A stretch of DNA of 64,000 nt. Origin: a virus. The translations under genes were made by a program, and so were the position numbers. Shown piece by piece: positions 1-8,955 of the stretch (position 1 is its first letter; the number at the start of each line of letters is the position of its first letter). The DNA lies in UHGV virus genome UHGV-1962423; one strand, given 5' to 3'. The notes under the pieces were generated by a model that did no database searches, was not told the DNA's origin, and saw only the letters and a program-made list of their open reading frames with translations.

Positions 1-2
1 CC

Positions 3-293
3 GACCGAGTAGACGTAATACATTTTGAAGAGTGTGAAACCGAGTATCAGGTTAAACGCACTGATTTACGTTTAGTTATTCCTAAGCTAAACGAACCTGA
101 GTGGAACGGCGAGCTGATGGTACCGCTTGCCGAACCAATTAAAACGGGGACAGGCGAGATTAATTATCTCCATTTAGAAGCCGCCGGACGCAAAGTAACC
201 GTTTGGCATCTTGCTGACGGTTACAAAACCAGTCAGCTTACACGTAAAGCATTTATTCGGAAATTAAGAAAGTCGACGGGAGTTGTGAAATGA
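3..293 (+). CDS. hypothetical protein, 5'-truncated at window edge
   Basis: Frame open from window start to TGA at 291-293, which overlaps the ATG of the next gene (ATGA coupling). Confidence 0.5.
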   Translation, partial: DRVDVIHFEECETEYQVKRTDLRLVIPKLNEPEWNGELMVPLAEPIKTGTGEINYLHLEAAGRKVTVWHLADGYKTSQLTRKAFIRKLRKSTGVVK

Positions 294-826
294 CAGTTAC
301 TGTATCTTTGATTGCGGCAGCGGGACTTAATAATGAAATAGGGAAAGACAATAAACTCCCTTGGCATATTCCCGATGACTTGAAGAACTTCAAAGCACTT
401 ACGTCAGGTAAGGTTATTGTGATGGGACGTAAGACGTGGGAGTCTTTGGGATGTAAACCTTTACCAAACCGACATCATTTTGTGCTAACAAGAAAGCCTG
501 ATGATTTGCCCACAATGAAAGGGGTAATTTATTCTAAAGGTAAAATGGAAGCGTTTATTGAATTTCTCAAAATAACGATCAAGGAAAAAGATTTTCCCAA
601 GGAAATTTTTATCATCGGGGGCGCAGAAATTTACCGCCAGGCGTTGCCATATGCGGATAAGATCTATCTGTCGCGCGTAGAAGCTAAAGTTGACGGTGCG
701 GATGCGTTCTTTCCTGAAATCGATCGCGATGAGTTTAAATTGGTTTATAACTTAACGCACTGCTCGAAACCAGAAAGTGGTATTCCGCGTTGGCATTATC
801 AGATTTGGAAAAGAGATGGGCACTGA
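290..826 (+). CDS. frd: dihydrofolate reductase
   Basis: 178 aa; N-terminal IAAAGLNNEIGKDNKLPW, GKVIVMGRKTWESLG and IIGGAEIYRQALPYADKIYLSRVEA match classic DHFR motifs; GGAG-type RBS before ATG 290. Confidence 0.9.
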   Translation: MTVTVSLIAAAGLNNEIGKDNKLPWHIPDDLKNFKALTSGKVIVMGRKTWESLGCKPLPNRHHFVLTRKPDDLPTMKGVIYSKGKMEAFIEFLKITIKEKDFPKEIFIIGGAEIYRQALPYADKIYLSRVEAKVDGADAFFPEIDRDEFKLVYNLTHCSKPESGIPRWHYQIWKRDGH

Positions 827-1112
827 GTTTGTAACCTTAGAAAAACTCTTTTTAGGCAGCGTCGCGAAAGGGAAGATAGCCAGTTTCACTTGGAACCGCA
901 CTCCCGTAAAATACGCGTTTCTACGTCGTTTACACTACGAGAAAAGCATCAAGCTGGTCTTGGTCGTGTTGTTCGAAAACAAGCGTGGATTGTTGATTAA
1001 TAATCATCGTTTTGCGGCGGAGATCTGGGCGACCACATCTGGCGGCGAGGAAGCATCTGTTGGCTTTGCTAACGATGAGGTTATCTTTGAGGGTATACCT
1101 TATCTGTTATAG
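816..1112 (+). CDS. hypothetical small protein
   Basis: ORF 777..1112 in track begins with GTG; first ATG at 816 overlaps end of DHFR gene; followed by hairpin plus T-run. Start uncertain. Confidence 0.35.
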   Translation: MGTEFVTLEKLFLGSVAKGKIASFTWNRTPVKYAFLRRLHYEKSIKLVLVVLFENKRGLLINNHRFAAEIWATTSGGEEASVGFANDEVIFEGIPYLL

Positions 1113-1125
1113 CACAGATAAACGT

Positions 1126-1160
1126 AAAAGGGGACTTCGGTTCCCTTTTATTTTTTTTTC
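1126..1160 (+). terminator. rho-independent terminator-like hairpin plus T-run
   Basis: aaaggggac-ttcg-gttcccttt followed by tatttttttttc. Confidence 0.55.
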
Positions 1161-1201
1161 ATTTCGCGCCTGTGATATGACTATAACGAAGGAACAAGCC
1201 A

Positions 1202-2710
1202 ATGCAACAGTATTTTGAAATTCCGTCGTTAGACGCGACCATTCGCAAACCGATAATCGATGGCGTTATACAACGTGTACTTAATGAATCAGGTATTGAT
1301 AAAGCAGCGGTTGTTTTCCTTGATGAATTCAATAGCGCTCATCAACCCGATTCCACGTTAGGCGACGGTACAGAAGTTGAGTACAGCTCGCCTGAAAAGG
1401 TGTATGTTGAAGTAGAAGAAGAACGCGATGAGTGGGCCAGAATCAATCGTCAGGTTGGTCAGCAAGCCGAACCGTACTTCTTTGAAAACTCCGTCGATCA
1501 GGTGCGTGCCTGGCCCGTTAGAACGATGTATAACGTAACGGTGACGTTACGACGTACCAGTGCTTCTCGCGATGAGTTATTGCGCTGGACAAACCGTTTA
1601 GACTCGTTAGTGGACATGGGTCGCTATTCGACAATGACCGAGTCAGAAGCGTTTTATTATATTCCGAAGCCAGCACTGAAATTGTTGAATGCCTGTTATG
1701 TCGCCGCAGGGACTCGTGTACCGACGTTTGACGATTTTAAAGCCTATCTCAAGGCGTACTTTACACCCGACGTGTTTCGCGCTGCTAACGTTGCCGGTGG
1801 ACAGGAATCTATTGCGGTTCGCTATGCACCTACTCGCTTAGAGACTGTATACGACGTTCAGACACCTGCCTGGGATAAAGACGAGAACCACTGGGAAGCT
1901 ACATTCGTCGTGCGTTTCTCTTATCAACGTCCTGAAGAGATTGTGGTTTCGTATCCGTATATCATCAACCAGACACCGCTTCCTGATGAATATTGGCCAG
2001 AGATAGATCCACCGTGGGTGTCTAACGAAGAACTGGTGTATCGTCATCCGCAACAAAAGAATCTCGATTCAACGTGGTGGATTAACGAAACCCGTCAGTA
2101 TATTCGTTTACCGTATCTACTGTCACCGACAGAACAGTTCCACCGTACACATTCCCCGTTAAAAGATAAACTCTTACACGTTTTCGGAACAGACGTTGTA
2201 TTTGATGAAGACAACATGAGCTCACCGAAAGTGTTATCTGTGGAGGATTTACCGTACGAGTGGAATCCAGATTTGTTGCCGTATATCGAACACTGTCGAG
2301 CAATAGACCCTACCGGGCAGACAGGTGTCTTCCGTGTGGAGCTGTTCGAAGAAGGACAAATCATCGAACCGCGTTTCTATCATTGGGAAGACAATACCTT
2401 CTTTTTGAAAGGACGTGATTTAAAAGTTAACAAGAGTTACTACCTAACCGAATCGGTGATGTTCGACTGGCGAGGGATGAACCTGTGGCCACTCCAGCTC
2501 TATCCTAAAGCTGCGAAGGTGTTGATAGAATGGTTATTTCCGAAATGGGATGTACCGGACTGGTGGTGGGATAAACCCGTATTACCGCCTAGTGTTGTCG
2601 ACGACATTAATAAACTGATTCCTAACGTAGAAGCCCGCGTCTTGCTGACGGTGCTGAACTCGACTGTGATTACCATGCGAGGGACAGAGAATGCTCAAAG
2701 CGAAGCGTGA
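1202..2710 (+). CDS. hypothetical protein (502 aa)
   Basis: Long ORF, AAGGAA RBS before ATG 1202; first of a tightly coupled five-gene block. Confidence 0.8.
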   Translation: MQQYFEIPSLDATIRKPIIDGVIQRVLNESGIDKAAVVFLDEFNSAHQPDSTLGDGTEVEYSSPEKVYVEVEEERDEWARINRQVGQQAEPYFFENSVDQVRAWPVRTMYNVTVTLRRTSASRDELLRWTNRLDSLVDMGRYSTMTESEAFYYIPKPALKLLNACYVAAGTRVPTFDDFKAYLKAYFTPDVFRAANVAGGQESIAVRYAPTRLETVYDVQTPAWDKDENHWEATFVVRFSYQRPEEIVVSYPYIINQTPLPDEYWPEIDPPWVSNEELVYRHPQQKNLDSTWWINETRQYIRLPYLLSPTEQFHRTHSPLKDKLLHVFGTDVVFDEDNMSSPKVLSVEDLPYEWNPDLLPYIEHCRAIDPTGQTGVFRVELFEEGQIIEPRFYHWEDNTFFLKGRDLKVNKSYYLTESVMFDWRGMNLWPLQLYPKAAKVLIEWLFPKWDVPDWWWDKPVLPPSVVDDINKLIPNVEARVLLTVLNSTVITMRGTENAQSEA

Positions 2711-4061
2711 TAAGCCGTCAACATTTGAACCCGTAGACCGGCCTATCCCCGAATTAAATAAACCACAGGACGGTGTAAAAGAAACCACCAATATCGTTAC
2801 GCAACCCACACGTACAACCGTTACTGATTTAGACCGTATTCCAAAGCAATACCTAATGAAGTATCTGGAGGGGTCAGCGTGGACGGTGGACTTCTTTAAC
2901 TTCCTGAAAGGAAGAAACGACGCCAAGAAGTTTTTCGATTCGAAAGTGCTTACACCTGACCAACAGGTGGAGAAAATCATCGGGTTGGAGCTGCGTGTAA
3001 CGTCACCTCTCGACCGAAGCCAAGACACCACGAACAAAACGTTCAGCATGTCAGGCGCTGCAACAATTGCAAACTCGATTATCCCTAACGAAGGTTGCTT
3101 TTTCATCGCCCCTATCGGTGACGGTCGTTTCGCGTTGTTTAACGTTACCAACGTTGTGCGTATGTCGAATAACAAAGTCGCGACGTACAACATTGAATAC
3201 ACGTTACTTTTCGAAGTTGACCCAGAAACCGCAGAAACGATTCGTCGTTGTACCGTACGTGAATACTACTACGTTGCAGAGCGTGCCTGGACAGGTGGTG
3301 ATACACTTCTCACACCGAAAGAGTACCGTGCGTTCCTGGAAGTCGTTGACGCGATTGAAGACATTGAACAGACATATGTGAAACGTTTCTACGACGGTGA
3401 AACGGCCACGTTGTTGTTCCCACACGATCGTCACAGCGACGGTTTGCGTAGCCGTGCTTACTACGACGTGTTCTTAGCGCTGTTTGTGCGTGCGGTGGGG
3501 TTACGTACCGTAGGTAAGGATATTCAGATTTATCCGCATCCACCGATGAACGTGGAAGACATTGAAACGGTGTGGACAGCGCTGCTGCAACAGTCGCCAA
3601 CGTTCTTAGCAGATTACAAACGTGACAGCACGGTGTGGCAAACGAAAACTTTCCGTACGATGCAACATCGTAACTCGGTAACGTGGTCGTTGATCTCTGA
3701 TACCCGGTTCTTTACGGAAGAGTTAAAGCCAGGTTACGGGATGGCGCAACGTTTCCCCGGTCAGTGGCCAGAATGGAAACCATTTGAACCGGTTGAAGTT
3801 GAAAACTATCGTGGGAACGAAGGGGAGTCTATTCCGGCCTTCCTACCACTGTCCTTTAAACCGTATTTGCTGAGCGAGACGTTCTACGACGGTTCTTACA
3901 GTTCGTTGTTGGAATACGGCTTGTACTTGTATCTGCATAAACGTCCGCTACCGTCGGTAATTGCGTTAAAACTGTTTGAGGAAGTTTATAAGCTCCCGAA
4001 AGACGCACAGTTCTATTACATTCCGATGGTGTATCTGCTTTTAAGATATTCGAGGGATTAA
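2691..4061 (+). CDS. hypothetical protein (456 aa)
   Basis: Long ORF; start overlaps end of upstream gene by 20 nt; GAGGGA RBS. Confidence 0.8.
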   Translation: MLKAKRDKPSTFEPVDRPIPELNKPQDGVKETTNIVTQPTRTTVTDLDRIPKQYLMKYLEGSAWTVDFFNFLKGRNDAKKFFDSKVLTPDQQVEKIIGLELRVTSPLDRSQDTTNKTFSMSGAATIANSIIPNEGCFFIAPIGDGRFALFNVTNVVRMSNNKVATYNIEYTLLFEVDPETAETIRRCTVREYYYVAERAWTGGDTLLTPKEYRAFLEVVDAIEDIEQTYVKRFYDGETATLLFPHDRHSDGLRSRAYYDVFLALFVRAVGLRTVGKDIQIYPHPPMNVEDIETVWTALLQQSPTFLADYKRDSTVWQTKTFRTMQHRNSVTWSLISDTRFFTEELKPGYGMAQRFPGQWPEWKPFEPVEVENYRGNEGESIPAFLPLSFKPYLLSETFYDGSYSSLLEYGLYLYLHKRPLPSVIALKLFEEVYKLPKDAQFYYIPMVYLLLRYSRD

Positions 4062-4062
4062 T

Positions 4063-4602
4063 GTGTCAGTGAAACGTAGTGCGGCATTTATGCTGTTCCA
4101 TAAGTGGGTAGCATGGCGGGTTCCTGAATGGACAACCATTACCCAGTATATGTCGCAAGAACACGGATTGTTCTTGCCGAATGACGAAAAGAAAGCACGA
4201 GCGATTTTGTTGAATAAGAAAACGGTGTATATGCGGCCATTTGAAGTGGCGGTGTATGCAGAGACCGGTGCTGCGTTAGATGTTCACGATCCGAATGATG
4301 GTATTATCGTTTACGGGTATATCATGGAACACCTAGCAGATTGGTTACATTACATGCAAGAGCCTCATCTGACGACGCGTAAAGTGCCGATAGAAGGACT
4401 CCGCCAGTTCAACGCCTTAGCATGTAAACTTTTTCCCGTTGCTAACCGATACGGTTATTTTAAGAAACCGGAAGTGACGATGGCGACGTCGGTACAAGCG
4501 TTATTTGGAGAGGTGCGTTTAGAAACGCAGCAACACCGTTTTAACGATACGATAATGCGTCGCATAGAAGCGATTTATCGTAAAAGGGGAGGTATACTGT
4601 AA
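4063..4602 (+). CDS. hypothetical protein (179 aa), GTG start
   Basis: GTG at 4063 directly after upstream TAA; GAGGG RBS upstream. Confidence 0.65.
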   Translation: MSVKRSAAFMLFHKWVAWRVPEWTTITQYMSQEHGLFLPNDEKKARAILLNKKTVYMRPFEVAVYAETGAALDVHDPNDGIIVYGYIMEHLADWLHYMQEPHLTTRKVPIEGLRQFNALACKLFPVANRYGYFKKPEVTMATSVQALFGEVRLETQQHRFNDTIMRRIEAIYRKRGGIL

Positions 4603-5921
4603 TGTCGTTTGGTCGGTTACAGAACATAGCAAACGTGCACATTGCACAAGCGGCGGGATTACCGGCCATCGAATACGTGCCTATCATTACGGTACGTGGC
4701 ACAGTTATCAGCGTATTCAAAACGTTGTCGATAATCCATGCCAGTAACTTCGCACAGGACTTAACGACTATCACCCATCTTACCGTGATGATACCGTTAA
4801 GCCAACAGCGTGTGTTAACGTCTTCCGCAGACGGGGATTTGTCCGTGAAAATTCTAATGCGGACAATGAACAAGAAAACCGTTGCGAAACTCGACTATCG
4901 GGGTATCGTCGTGAACAACCACGATCCCGATATGGAATCGCCCACGATGTTCTTAGGTGAGTCTGACCAGAAAGCGTTAGCGGTCGTCACCCTGGAGTTG
5001 ATGGACGAGTCGATGTGGTTCTTACGTTGCCGTCAAGTCGGTGGGATTTATCACGAGACAGATGGTCTTAGTGTTGTTCGTGCACTGCTGGCAGATACGT
5101 TACCTACTGGTGATGCGCCAGAAGGCCAGTTGGTGGGTGTGGAGTACGAGGAAGAGGAGCAACAGCCCTATCGGGATATTTTGATTCCTGACTCGGAAAG
5201 TTTCCTGTCCGTGTTCGATTACCTTCAGAATCGTTACGGGGTTTATAGTCAAGGTCTGGGGGTGTTCCTCTACAAACACCGTTGGTATATTTTCCAACCT
5301 TGGGACTCTAAGAAGTTTTCATCAGCGAAGAATAAGCTGGTGATTATAAACCTACCGAAAGAGAAAGCAGCGTATCTGAATAAGACCTGCCACATTGACG
5401 GTGACGTGATTTACCTGATATGTGGTGGTGATGTCCACACCTTCGAAGATAAAGACTCCTTAGCACTAAACCAAGGTACCGGTTATCGTGTGGGGTCTAT
5501 CCGTGCGTTGGATGGCCGTGCGTCTTCTTTCTCGTCAGGCGATGTTTCTGCTACAACGTCAGATTCGTTCGTGTCAGCGGCTGATCCGACGCAATATCCA
5601 GGTGGGGTAGTTAACGCACCAATAGACCCGAACCAACACTTCTCGGATACGGATAAACCGCAACGGTCTAAGTTGGCGGCGGCGAAAGGGACGCTAACAG
5701 CAACAACCTGGAACGCATCAACGTACGGCTTACTCCGTCCTGGGATGGCAGTAAAATACATTTATGCGAATAACTATGGTGTATACACGCGTTACGGAAC
5801 ATTAGTTGCAGAAGTTTTCCAAGGTGCAATTGATGGTGGTTCAGCGGCTTCACCACGGTTTAATACCATTAGTCAGTTGACGTTGTGGCTGACTAATGAA
5901 AATTTTACATCCACAACGTAA
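4602..5921 (+). CDS. hypothetical protein (439 aa)
   Basis: TAATG overlap with upstream gene; AAAAGGGGAGG RBS. Confidence 0.8.
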   Translation: MSFGRLQNIANVHIAQAAGLPAIEYVPIITVRGTVISVFKTLSIIHASNFAQDLTTITHLTVMIPLSQQRVLTSSADGDLSVKILMRTMNKKTVAKLDYRGIVVNNHDPDMESPTMFLGESDQKALAVVTLELMDESMWFLRCRQVGGIYHETDGLSVVRALLADTLPTGDAPEGQLVGVEYEEEEQQPYRDILIPDSESFLSVFDYLQNRYGVYSQGLGVFLYKHRWYIFQPWDSKKFSSAKNKLVIINLPKEKAAYLNKTCHIDGDVIYLICGGDVHTFEDKDSLALNQGTGYRVGSIRALDGRASSFSSGDVSATTSDSFVSAADPTQYPGGVVNAPIDPNQHFSDTDKPQRSKLAAAKGTLTATTWNASTYGLLRPGMAVKYIYANNYGVYTRYGTLVAEVFQGAIDGGSAASPRFNTISQLTLWLTNENFTSTT

Positions 5922-5953
5922 GTTATGTCGACAGCAACCTAAAGGATTTGTTA

Positions 5954-6754
5954 ATGAGCAATTTACTTACTTTCCGCATGTCTGGTCAAACGTTAATGCA
6001 GATTGACGAGTACGAAAAAGAACATTTCGCTAAACCGTCCAAACTGTTAGAACGTTGCTTAAAGGTTATTCCAGGCGGCGAGCACTGTCAGCTAGATTTC
6101 GTCATGGCGTCTTCTGCTGACAAAACGGTCTCTGTTATCTACACGGTTGACGGAGTACAGGGCCATCGCTTATTACCGATTGAAGAAAAAGGTTCTTTGG
6201 GTAATTTGTTGTTCTTGCACGCAATCACGACTGCGGTAGTGACGGGAGCACTGGGAGCGCAGTACGGTTTCGCCTATTGTTATTTCTACGCACAGAAGTT
6301 GGCGAATGCGGTAGTTCCAGGAGAACCAGAAACGTATCCGAAGTATATCGAACGTTTGCTTCCGACGCATTTTGCTGAGTCTGACGACTATGAGTTCAAT
6401 GCTTTCCGTTTCACGATGATTGGCGAAGCACGCGATCCTGAAAACACCATTGCGTTACGTGCTGTTGTTCGTTACGCAGTAATTTCGTCTGACAGCGGAA
6501 TGGCAAGCAACTTCAACGAAGTGTTCCCGGTTATGCAACTAGGTCCGTATATCACGTTTAACGCGTATGTACCGTTTACTTGTCAGTTAATCGGCCCGCA
6601 GGATAATGATTCTATCCTCCCGATTACTGAAGAGAAAGGTCTACATATTCGTGATGCCGTAGAAGTCATCAACGATAAACGTTTTACGATCTCATCGAAA
6701 AGCGGCATCGCCGATGAAGAACTTGCGGTTGTGAACAAAATGCAAGTGATGTAA
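5954..6754 (+). CDS. hypothetical protein (266 aa)
   Basis: Track ORF starts at TTG 5948; ATG at 5954 preceded by AAAGGA is the more plausible start. Confidence 0.75.
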   Translation: MSNLLTFRMSGQTLMQIDEYEKEHFAKPSKLLERCLKVIPGGEHCQLDFVMASSADKTVSVIYTVDGVQGHRLLPIEEKGSLGNLLFLHAITTAVVTGALGAQYGFAYCYFYAQKLANAVVPGEPETYPKYIERLLPTHFAESDDYEFNAFRFTMIGEARDPENTIALRAVVRYAVISSDSGMASNFNEVFPVMQLGPYITFNAYVPFTCQLIGPQDNDSILPITEEKGLHIRDAVEVINDKRFTISSKSGIADEELAVVNKMQVM

Positions 6755-6760
6755 AATTAT

Positions 6761-6796
6761 CCCGTTACCCACAAAGGTAACGGGATGTCCTTTTAT
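6761..6796 (+). terminator. rho-independent terminator
   Basis: cccgttacc-cacaaa-ggtaacggg followed by T-rich tract. Confidence 0.65.
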
Positions 6797-6917
6797 TTAC
6801 TCGTAAACGCGTCTTAGACGCTGTTTTACACCTTAAGACGATTAATGGTGTTTAAAAAATAAAAGGTCGTCAGAATGCGATACAGCGCGTTTTAGAGGGT
6901 GTTTTAATTAAAATATT

Positions 6918-6958
6918 TTCAGATATATATTACTTAGGTGAGAGAATTACGTAATACT
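6918..6958 (+). promoter_or_regulatory. conserved promoter-like box TTCAGATATATATTACTTAGGTGAGA plus palindromic hairpin
   Basis: One of five near-identical AT-rich boxes in the window; hairpin core attacgtaat at 6946-6955; about 45 nt upstream of ATG 6991. Confidence 0.6.
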
Positions 6959-6990
6959 CATTTATCGTATACCTAATTAGGAGCTATATC

Positions 6991-7134
6991 ATGATTTCTG
7001 TAAAACACAAAAAAGCTATCTTCGCTGTTGTTATCGCTGTTGTTCTGGGTTGCCTGTACCTGGATATCGACAAAGGCTACGACACTTGCATCGACAACGG
7101 TAATTCCGTTGCGCAGTGCACTGGTCGTGGTTAA
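6991..7134 (+). CDS. small hydrophobic protein, possible lipoprotein (47 aa)
   Basis: Not in ORF track (short). TAGGAG RBS; MISVKHKKAIFAVVIAVVLGCLYLD... has a signal/TM segment with LGC lipobox-like motif; codons look highly expressed; strong terminator follows. Confidence 0.6.
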   Translation: MISVKHKKAIFAVVIAVVLGCLYLDIDKGYDTCIDNGNSVAQCTGRG

Positions 7135-7138
7135 TGTA

Positions 7139-7170
7139 TAAGGCACCTTCGGGTGCCCTTAATTTTTTTA
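7139..7170 (+). terminator. rho-independent terminator
   Basis: aggcacc-ttcg-ggtgcct followed by aattttttta. Confidence 0.7.
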
Positions 7171-7188
7171 TTAATTGGAGCATAAACG

Positions 7189-8004
7189 ATGATTACTATT
7201 AAAGATTATTTTCCGCGTGGGTTGAGCAATGAAAACTTCGTTCCAACTGAAGACATTGCCATCGTTGCAGAGTCCAGCGATAAGTCTTTTAAACTCTACT
7301 TGAGTACGGCAGCAGGAAAATCCACTCTTATCCTTCGTGAACCTGAAGTGATAAGCATCTGCTCGTTTGGGGGTGGTGTAGAAGGAACGATTAACTGGTT
7401 GAAATCCAGAATGCATCGTTTGCTTATCGTGAATACCGATCCTGTGATTCGTTTACAGCAATTGAAATCGTTGAATGAAATTATCGTCGGATTATTGGAA
7501 CATGAAACGTTTGGTAATGCTGAGATTGCGGAAGCGATTAAATCTGTAGAACTAATCGAGTGGAGCGATATCGAATACGAACGTGCTGGGTTATTCGCAA
7601 TGTACGGTGATGATAATCCCGTTGCGTTTGCACAAACGTTGGATAATGTTACCGTAACAGCGCGCGTATTGTTTGGTTTACAACGTGTTGAGTTTGAACT
7701 GAAACACGTCTACGTGAGCAATAAACCGGAGATGGTGGAGACATTGATTCGTGCTTTCGCATACCCGTTAGACGGTGAATGGGAACAGCAGATTAATGAA
7801 GCGTTAGAAGCCATGCATTTCCTGGCTGAAACGTTAAGGAAGGATGAGAAATTGAAAGGTCGTGTTTATCCAGAACACGATTTTGTTTGTGAAGAATGTG
7901 GAGCACAGTATCAAATCCGTGTTCCTTTAACCGGCCTAACATTCCCGCAAGCCAACGTGCAATGTAAGGAATGTGGTCATGTTCAATACGTAGCGATTAA
8001 ATAA
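7189..8004 (+). CDS. hypothetical protein with C-terminal zinc ribbon (271 aa)
   Basis: GGAG RBS; C-terminal CEECG...(21 aa)...CKECG pair of CxxC motifs. Confidence 0.75.
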   Translation: MITIKDYFPRGLSNENFVPTEDIAIVAESSDKSFKLYLSTAAGKSTLILREPEVISICSFGGGVEGTINWLKSRMHRLLIVNTDPVIRLQQLKSLNEIIVGLLEHETFGNAEIAEAIKSVELIEWSDIEYERAGLFAMYGDDNPVAFAQTLDNVTVTARVLFGLQRVEFELKHVYVSNKPEMVETLIRAFAYPLDGEWEQQINEALEAMHFLAETLRKDEKLKGRVYPEHDFVCEECGAQYQIRVPLTGLTFPQANVQCKECGHVQYVAIK

Positions 8005-8010
8005 AAGCAA

Positions 8011-8055
8011 CCCCTAATCCCGAAAAGGATTAGGGGTACACTTTATTTATTTTCG
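8011..8055 (+). terminator. rho-independent terminator
   Basis: cccctaatcc-cgaaaa-ggattagggg followed by T-rich tract. Confidence 0.7.
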
Positions 8056-8076
8056 CTCTTAAAAGGAAATTGTGTC

Positions 8077-8232
8077 ATGAGAAATGTTAATGCAATGCTT
8101 AACCAGGCATTTGTTAACCAACAGCGTTTTCAGGAACGCTTAGCACAACTTAAAACACAACACAGACCACCACAACAAAGAGTGGTTAAGAGCAAGTTCG
8201 GCGAAATGGTTTTCGAAAGAAAATCTTTCTAA
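8077..8232 (+). CDS. small protein, tandem paralog 1 (51 aa)
   Basis: Not in track. MRNVNAMLNQAFVNQQRFQERLAQ...FGEMVFERKSF; AAGGAAA RBS; own terminator downstream. Confidence 0.5.
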   Translation: MRNVNAMLNQAFVNQQRFQERLAQLKTQHRPPQQRVVKSKFGEMVFERKSF

Positions 8233-8240
8233 TAACCGTT

Positions 8241-8265
8241 AGGGGTGTGACAGCACCCCTTTTTA
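8241..8265 (+). terminator. rho-independent terminator
   Basis: aggggtg-tgacag-cacccct followed by ttttt. Confidence 0.65.
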
Positions 8266-8382
8266 CGCTTTAACTTTTCCAAAGAGAAGTTAAAGCAGTA
8301 AGGACTGTTGGCGCAGTCCTTACTTGTCATCGCTATTACAGAAACGTGATAGCACAATTCTAATTTTTAGAGGCGATCAGAA

Positions 8383-8550
8383 ATGTTCGACAGTATTACA
8401 CAAATTTTTAACACTACCGTAAACAATCACGCTCAGCAAGCGAAGTTTAATGAACGATTAAGGGAAGTTCAACAATTAGGATTAAATAAAAGATTAAAAT
8501 CTTCCAATAATCCTCGAGTACAGATCTTCACCGAAAGGAGAAGTAACTGA
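8383..8550 (+). CDS. small protein, tandem paralog 2 (55 aa)
   Basis: Not in track. MFDSITQIFNTTVNNHAQQAKFNERLREVQQLGLNKRLKSSNNPRVQIFTERRSN; shares NKRLK...QIFTERRS tail with paralog 3. Confidence 0.55.
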   Translation: MFDSITQIFNTTVNNHAQQAKFNERLREVQQLGLNKRLKSSNNPRVQIFTERRSN

Positions 8551-8556
8551 TAAAAA

Positions 8557-8590
8557 CAAGGTGAGCTGTTGGAGCAGCTCACCTTTTACA
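8557..8590 (+). terminator. rho-independent terminator
   Basis: aaggtgagctg-ttgga-cagctcacctt followed by tta. Confidence 0.65.
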
Positions 8591-8646
8591 ACGCCATTAC
8601 GTTTCCGTAATGGATTTCTTTAATCACCCTACAAAGAGGGCTTACC

Positions 8647-8820
8647 ATGAACAATGGTTACTACTTTACTGACAAAATGCTTGCAGAACAATATGCAGCA
8701 AAAACCAATTTACAGCAACGTATCTACGAGTATAGTCAACTCGGTGCGAATAAACGATTAAAACCATCAACCAACCGTTTCACACAGATAATCACTGAAA
8801 AAAGGAGTGAACGCTACTAA
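8647..8820 (+). CDS. small protein, tandem paralog 3 (57 aa)
   Basis: Not in track. MNNGYYFTDKMLAEQYAAKTNLQQRIYEYSQLGANKRLKPSTNRFTQIITEKRSERY; AGAGGG RBS; hairpin gggggtg...caccccc downstream. Confidence 0.55.
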   Translation: MNNGYYFTDKMLAEQYAAKTNLQQRIYEYSQLGANKRLKPSTNRFTQIITEKRSERY

Positions 8821-8955
8821 CTAATAAAAGGGGGTGTGCTACCACCCCCTACTTAGTTCAGCAGTTGTCTTTCGTTCATAAATATTAGATGTCTTGTTTT
8901 TTTTTGCTTTTCGGGACGCATAAGGGGTCGTAGGGGGAGCCGAAGCTCCCCAGAC

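Noticed and set aside
2582-3202. 206-codon minus-strand ORF (similar short antisense ORFs throughout the track)
   Set aside because: Overlaps two coupled + strand genes and has no RBS or terminator context; same reasoning applies to other short minus-strand ORFs nested in + genes.
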